The notes below the pieces were generated by a model that saw nothing but the letters and a program-made list of their open reading frames with translations, was not told where the DNA came from and ran no database searches. DNA of 64,000 nucleotides from the human T2T-CHM13v2.0 reference genome, Homo sapiens. Below are positions 57,081 to 64,000 of this stretch, piece after piece (the first letter of the stretch is position 1; each line of letters starts with the position of its first letter). The DNA is taken from NCBI RefSeq assembly GCF_009914755.1, contig NC_060948.1, one strand, 5' to 3'. A program made the position numbers and the translations under genes.

Positions 57081-60000
57081 GGAAGTGAATGGACTCCAAT
57101 GGAATGGATTCAAAAGGAATGGAATCGTACGGAATGGAATCTAATGGAATGGAATTAAATGGAAATGAATCAAATTGAATAGCACGGAATTGAATTGAAT
57201 GGAATGGAATGCAATGGAATCTAATGAAACGGAAAGGAAAGGAATGGAATGGAATGGAATGGGCTGGAATGGAAAGGAATCGAAACGAATGGAATGGAAT
57301 CGAACTGAAGAGACTGGAATGGAATGCACTGGAATGGAAGGGAGTGTAATGGAAGGTTCTCGAAAAAAATGGAATCGAATGGAATGGAATTGAATGGAAC
57401 GGAATAGAGTCGAATGGAATTGAATGGAATGGAATGGACTAGAGTGAAATGGAATCGAACCACAAGGAATGGACAGGAATAGAATGGTCTCGAATTGAAT
57501 GGAATCGTATGGAATGGCATCAAACGGAATGGAATGGACAGCCACGGAATGGAATGCACTCGAATGCAATGGAGTCGAAACTAATGGACTGGAATAGAAT
57601 GGACTCGACTGGTACGGACTCCAATGGAATGGAATCGAATGTAAGGGAATCGAACGGAATGGACTCGAAGGGAAAAGACTGCAATGGAAAGGTCTCGAAT
57701 GGAATGGAAATTAATGGAATGGAATGGAATCGAATGAAATGGAGTCAAAAGGAATGGAATCGAATGGCAAGAAATCGAATGTAATGGAATCGCAAGGAAT
57801 TGATGTGAACGGAACGGAATGGAATGGAATCCAAAGGAATGGAATAGAATGGAATGGAATCGAATGGAAAGGACTCGAATGGAAATCACTCGAATAGAAT
57901 GCAATTTAATAAAATAGGATCAAATGTAATGGAATGGAATGGAAAGGAATCGAAACGAAAGGAATGGAGACAGATGGAATGGAATGGAACAGAGAGCAAT
58001 GGTATAGAATGGAATGGAATCATCTGGAATGGAATTGAATGGAATGGAATAATATGAAATGGAATGGAATGGAATGGAATGGAATGCCCTTGAATTAAAT
58101 GGACTGGAATGGAATGGACTCGAACAGAGTGGAATGGAAAGTGTTGAGATAGAATGGAATGGACTCCTTTGGAATGGTGTAGTATGCAATGCAATCGACT
58201 GGCAGGGAATCAAAAGGAATGTAATCGAATGGATTGGACTGGAATGCAATGGACTCGAATAGATTGGAAACGGAATGCAAAGGAATGGAATGGAATAGTA
58301 TGGAATGGAATGGAAAGGAATGGAGTGGAATAGACTAGAGTGGAATGGAATGGACTGGAAAGCAATGGACTGGAATGGAACTTTCTTGAATGGACTGGAA
58401 TCAAACGGAATGGAATGCAATGCAATCAAATGGCATGGAATAAAATAGAATGAAAGAGAATCAAATGGAATTGAATCGAATGGAATCGAATGGATTGGAA
58501 AGGAATAGAATGGAATGGAATGGAATTGACTCGAATGGAATGGACTAGAATGGAATGGATTCGAATGGAAGGCAAAGGAATGGAATCTATTGGAATGGAC
58601 TGTAATGGAATGGAATGGAAAGGATTGGAATGGACTCGAATGGAATGGACTGCAATAGAAAGGATTCGAATGGAATGAAAAAGAATTGAATGGAATAGAA
58701 CAGAATGGAATCAAATCGAATGAAATGGAATGGAATAGAAAGGAATGGAATGAAATGGAATGGAAAGGATTCGAATGGAATGCAATCGAATGGAATGGAA
58801 TCGAACGGAATGGAATAAAATGGAAGAAAACTGGCAAGAAATGGAATCGAAATGAATGGAGTGTTATGGAACGGACTCAAAAGGAATTGAATGTAATAGA
58901 ATGGAGTGGAGTGGACTCGAATATAATGGAATGGAATGGAATGAAATCACAAGGAATGGGAACGAATGGAATGGAATGGAAAGGAATGGAATCGAATGGA
59001 AAGGAATCGAATGGAAGGGAATGAAATTGAATCAACAGGAATGGAAGGGAATAGAATAGACGGTAATGGAATGGACTCGAATAGAATGGACACGAATGCT
59101 CAAATTGAATGGACTCGAATGGAATGGAAACGAAAGGAATGTCATCGAATGGAATTGAATCGATTGGAATGAAATCGCATAGAATGGAGTGGAATCAAAT
59201 GGAATTGAATCGAAAGGAAAGGAAGCGAATGGACTGAAATGAAATGGAATGGAATTGAATGGAAAGTAATGCAATGGAATAGAATGGAACGAAATTTCAC
59301 GGAATGGAATCAAACTGAATGGAATCAAATCAATGGAATCAAATCAAATGGAATGGAAAGGAATTGAATGGAGTAGATTGGATTGGATGGGATTGGAATG
59401 AAATGTACTGGAAAGGACTCGAATTTCATGAAACGGAATGGAATGAATTGGAACGGAATGGACTCGAATGGAATGGAATGTCATGGAATGGCATCATATG
59501 GAATGGCATCAAATGGAATGGAATCGAATGCAAGGGAATGCTATGGAATGGAATGGAATGCATTGGAATGGAATGTCCTCTAATGGAATGGATTCGAGTG
59601 GAATGGAATCGAATATAATGGAGTCGAATGAAATGGAATTGAAAGGAGTGGGATCGAATACAATGGAATATACTGGAATGTAATGTAATGAACTCGAATG
59701 TAATTGACTGGAATGGAATGTACATGAATGGAATGTAATCGAATGGAAAGTCATCCAATGGAATAGAATCTAATGCAATAAAACCGACTCAGATAGAGTA
59801 GAATGTAATGGAATGGAGTGCAGTGCAATGGAATGGAATGGAATGGAAGGCAATGGAATGGAATGGAATGGAATGGAATGGAATGGAATGGAATGGAATG
59901 GAATAGAATGGGATGGAATGGGATGGAATGGATAGTAATGGACTGGAGTGAAATGGACTGGAAAGGAATGGACTCAAATTGAAAGGGCTCGAAAGGAATG

Positions 60001-60659
60001 GAGTCAAATGGAATGGTCTGGAATGGAATGAACACGAATGTAATGCAATCCAATAGAATGGAATCGAATGGCATGGAATATAAAGAAATGGAATCGAAGA
60101 GAATGGAAACAAATGGAATGGAATTGAATGGAATGGAATTGAATGGAATGGGAACGAATGGAGTGAAATTGTATGCAGTAGAAGGGAATAGAATGGAATG
60201 CAAGCGAAAGGAAAGGAATGGATTGGAATGGAATGGAATTCATTGGAATGGAAGGGAATGTAGTGTAATGGACAGGCCTGGAATAAAGTGGAATGCTACG
60301 GTCTCGAATGGAATAAAAATGTATGGAATGGAATGCAATGAAACGGAATCGAATGTCATAGAATGTAATGGAATGCAAAAAAATGGAATCCTAAATCATT
60401 GACTGGAAAGGCTGGGTGTCGAAAGGAATTGACTCCAATGGAATGGAATCGAATGGAATGGAAGTGAATAGAATCGAACTAAATCGAATGGAATGGAATT
60501 GATAGGAACGGAATGGAAAGGAATGCAATGATTTGGCATGGAATGGAATCGAATGGCATCGAATGGAATGGAATGGAATGCAATGGAATGGAATGTATTA
60601 GAATGTAATGAACTTTAATGGAATGTACTCGAATGGATTCGACTGGAATGGAATGTTCT
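57081..60659 (+). repeat. DYZ1 monomer U17 (3579 bp), B haplotype (U4-like)
   Basis: GTCATCC and GAATCCTAAA. Expanded GGAAT tract at ~59855-59909. Confidence 0.88.
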
Positions 60660-63600
60660 GGAAGTGAATGGACTCCAATGGAATGGATTCAAAAGGAATG
60701 GAATCGTACGGAATGGAATCTAATGGAATGGAATTAAATGGAAATGAATCAAATTGAATAGCACGGAATTGAATTGAATGGAATGGAATGCAATGGAATC
60801 TAATGAAACGGAAAGGAAAGGAATGGAATGGAATGGAAAGGGCTGGAATGGAAAGGAATCGAAACGAATGGAATGGAATCGAACTGAAGAGACTGGAATG
60901 GAATGCACTGGAATGGAAGGGAGTGTAATGGAAGGTTCTCGAAAAAAATGGAATCGAATGGAATGGAATTGAATGGAACGGAATAGAGTCGAATGGAATT
61001 GAATGGAATGGAATGGACTAGAGTGAAATGGAATCGAACCACAAGGAATGGACAGGAATAGAATGGTCTCGAATTGAATGGAATCGTATGGAATGGCATC
61101 AAACGGAATGGAATGGACAGCCACGGAATGGAATGCACTCGAATGCAATGGAGTCGAAACTAATGGACTGGAATAGAATGGACTCGACTGGTACGGACTC
61201 CAATGGAATGGAATCGAATGGAAGGGAATCGAACGGAATGGACTCGAAGGGAAAAGACTGCAATGGAAAGGTCTCGAATGGAATGGAAATTAATGGAATG
61301 GAATGGAATCGAATGTAATGGAGTCAAAAGGAATGGAATCGAATGGCAAGAAATCGAATGTAATGGAATCGCAAGGAATTGATGTGAAAGGAACGGAATG
61401 GAATGGAATCCAAAGGAATGGAATAGAATGGAATGGAATCGAATGGAAAGGACTCGAATGGAAATCACTCGAATAGAATGCAATTTAATAAAATAGGATC
61501 AAATGTAATGGAATGGAATGGAAAGGAATCGAAACGAAAGGAATGGAGACAGATGGAATGGAATGGAACAGAGAGCAATGGTATAGAATGGAATGGAATC
61601 ATCTGGAATGGAATTGAATGGAATGGAATAATATGAAATGGAATGGAATGGAATGGAATGGAATGGAATGGAACGCCCTTGAATTAAATGGACTGGAATG
61701 GAATGGACTCGAACAGAGTGGAATGGAAAGTGTTGAGATAGAATGCAATGGACTCCTTCGGAATGGTCTAGTATGCAATGCAATCGACTGGCAGGGAATC
61801 AAAAGGAATGTAATCGAATGGATTGGACTGGAATGCAGTGGACTCGAATAGATTGGAAACGGAATGCAAAGGAATGGAATGGAATAGTATGGAATGGAAT
61901 GGAAAGGAATGGAGTGGAATAGACTAGAGTGGAATGGAATGGACTGGAAAGCAATGGACTGGAATGGAACTTTCTTGAATGGACTGGAATCAAACGGAAT
62001 GGAATGCAATGCAATCAAATGGCATGCAATAAAATAGAATGAAAGAGAATCAAATGGAATTGAATCGAATGGAATCGAATGGATTGGAAAGGAATAGAAT
62101 GGAATGCAATGGAATGGACTAGAATGGAATGGATTCGAATGGAAGGCAAAGGAATGGAATCTATTGGAATGGACTGTAATGGAATGGAATGGAAGGGATT
62201 GGAATGGACTCGAATGGAATGGACTGCAATAGAAAGGATTCGAATGGAATGAAAAAGAATTGAATGGAATAGAACAGAATGGAATCAAATCGAATGAAAT
62301 GGAATGGAATAGAAAGGAATGGAATGAAATGGCATGGAAAGGATTCGAATGGAATGCAATCGAATGGAATGGAATCGAACGGAATGGAATAAAATGGAAG
62401 AAAACTGGCAAGAAATGGAATCGAAATGAATGGAGTGTTATGGAACGGACTCAAAAGGAATTGAATGTAATAGAATGGAGTGGAGTGGACTCGAATATAA
62501 TGGACTGGAATGGAATGAAATCACAAGGAATGGGAACGAATGGAATGGAATGGAAAGGAATGGAATCGAATGGAAAGGAATCGAATGGAAGGGAATGAAA
62601 TTGAATCAACAGGAATGGAAGGGAATAGAATAGACGGTAATGGAATGGAGTCGAATAGAATGGACACGAATGCTCAAATTGAATGGACTCGAATGGAATG
62701 GAAACGAAAGGAATGTCATCGAATGGAATTGAATGGATTGGAATGAAATCGCATAGAATGGAGTGGAATCAAATGGAATTGAATCGAAAGGAAAGGAAGC
62801 GAATGGACTGAAATGAAATGGAATGGAATTGAATGGAAAGTAGTGCAATGGAATAGAATGGAACGAAATTTCACGGAATGGAATCAAACTGAATGGAATC
62901 AAATCAATGGAATCAAATCAAATGGAATGGAAAGGAATTGAATGGAGTAGATTGGATTGGATGGGATTGGAATGAAATGTACTGGAAAGGACTCGAATTT
63001 CATGAAACGGAATGGAATGAATTGGAACGGAATGGACTCGAATGGAATGGAATGTCATGGAATGGCATCAAATGGAATGGCATCAAATGGAATGGAATCG
63101 AATGCAATGGAATGCTATGGAATGGAATGGAATGCATTGGAATGGAATGTCCTGTAATGGAATGGATTCGAGTGGAATGGAATCGAATATAATGGAGTCG
63201 AATGAAATGGAATTGAAAGGAATGGGATCGAATACAATGGAATATACTGGAATGTAATGTAATGAACTCGAATGTAATTGACTGGAATGGAATGTACATG
63301 AATGGAATGTAATCGAATGGAAAGTAATCCAATGGAATAGAATCTAATGCAATAAAATCGACTCAGATAGAGTAGAATGTAATGGAATGGAGTGCAGTGC
63401 AATGGAATGGAATGGAATGGAATGCAATGGAATGGAATGGAATGGAATGGAATGGAATGGAATGGGATGGAATGGGATGGAATGGGATGGAATGGATAGT
63501 AATGGACTGGAGTGAAATGGACTGGAAAGGAATGGACTCAAATTGATAGGGCTCGAAAGGAATGGAGTCAAATGGAATGGTCTGGAATGGAATGAACACG

Positions 63601-64000
63601 AATGTAATGCAATCCAATAGAATGGAATCGAATGGCATGGAATATAAAGAAATGGAATCGAAGAGAATGGAAACAAATGGAATGGAATTGAATGGAATGG
63701 AATTGAATGGAATGGGAACGAATGGAGTGAAATTGTATGCAGTAGAAGGGAATAGAATGGAATGCAAGCGAAAGGAAAGGAATGGATTGGAATGGAATGG
63801 AATTCATTGGAATGGAAGGGAATGTAGTGTAATGGACAGGCCTGGAATAAAGTGGAATGCTACGGTCTCGAATGGAATAAAAATGTATGGAATGGAATGC
63901 AATGAAACGGAATCGAATGTCATAGAATGTAATGGAATGCAAAAAAATGGAATCCAAAATCATTGACTGGAAAGGCTGGGTGTCGAAAGGAATTGACTCC
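60660..64000 (+). repeat. DYZ1 monomer U18 (partial), chimera: U5-like left, U12/U14-like right
   Basis: GGAAAGGGCT, CCTTCGG and GCAAT allele with 15-bp deletion (~62106-62140), then CACAAGG/CGCATAG. Confidence 0.85.

Larger units (their letters stand above)
1..64000 (+). repeat. DYZ1: Human satellite 3 (HSat3) array, DYZ1 family (Yq12 heterochromatin), degenerate (GGAAT)n in ~3.56 kb monomers
   Basis: The entire window is GGAAT and variants (CGAAT, GGACT, CAAAT, AGAAT). Landmark motifs recur every 3548-3579 bp, and two monomers are exactly 3564 bp, the classic DYZ1 unit length. I found one GAATTC and one GGCC per monomer, which fits the male-specific ~3.4 kb EcoRI/HaeIII band. The array runs off both window ends. 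Confidence 0.97.

Noticed and set aside
61-63966. Hundreds of ORFs of 60-310 aa (MEWNG- and HSIPF-rich)
   Set aside because: Pure (GGAAT)n is stop-free and translates to MEWNG / FHSIP in all frames. The ORFs overlap in several frames, have no domain structure, and are freely frameshifted by 5-bp indels between monomers.
1-64000. CRISPR-like or prokaryotic repeat system
   Set aside because: There are no unique spacers, cas genes or non-repetitive DNA. The sequence is continuous satellite.
1-64000. HSat2, or chr9 / acrocentric HSat3 assignment
   Set aside because: HSat2-type CATCATCGAATGG periodicity is not dominant. The 3.56 kb period, single EcoRI/HaeIII sites and primer matches point to DYZ1.
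1-64000. DYZ2 (HSat1B/Alu) block, L1/Alu insertion or array inversion
   Set aside because: No AT-rich or Alu sequence, poly-A tail or strand switch to CATTC was seen.

Overview
The whole 64 kb is a single-orientation tandem array of human satellite 3, with the purine-rich (GGAAT)n strand on +. It is made of about 18 head-to-tail monomers of ~3.56 kb (17 complete, 3548-3579 bp, plus one partial). Monomer size, one EcoRI and one HaeIII/StuI site per monomer, and matches to classic Y-sexing primer sequences identify it as DYZ1 of Yq12 heterochromatin. I see no genes, RNA genes, transposons, inversions or DYZ2/Alu interruptions. All listed ORFs (MEWNG / HSIPF-type) are translation artefacts of the pentamer. 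I found no new gene-encoded system. The real signal is internal structure. Monomers are mosaics of A/B/C haplotypes arranged as an A-B dimer, a 3-monomer (~10.69 kb) unit in three copies, and a recent 7137-bp duplication. There are also chimeric monomers, short conversion-like patches, a hypervariable 15-bp site, a near-strict 5-bp register, and three perfect heat-shock elements per monomer. All comparisons were made by eye plus ORF-track offsets, not by alignment.
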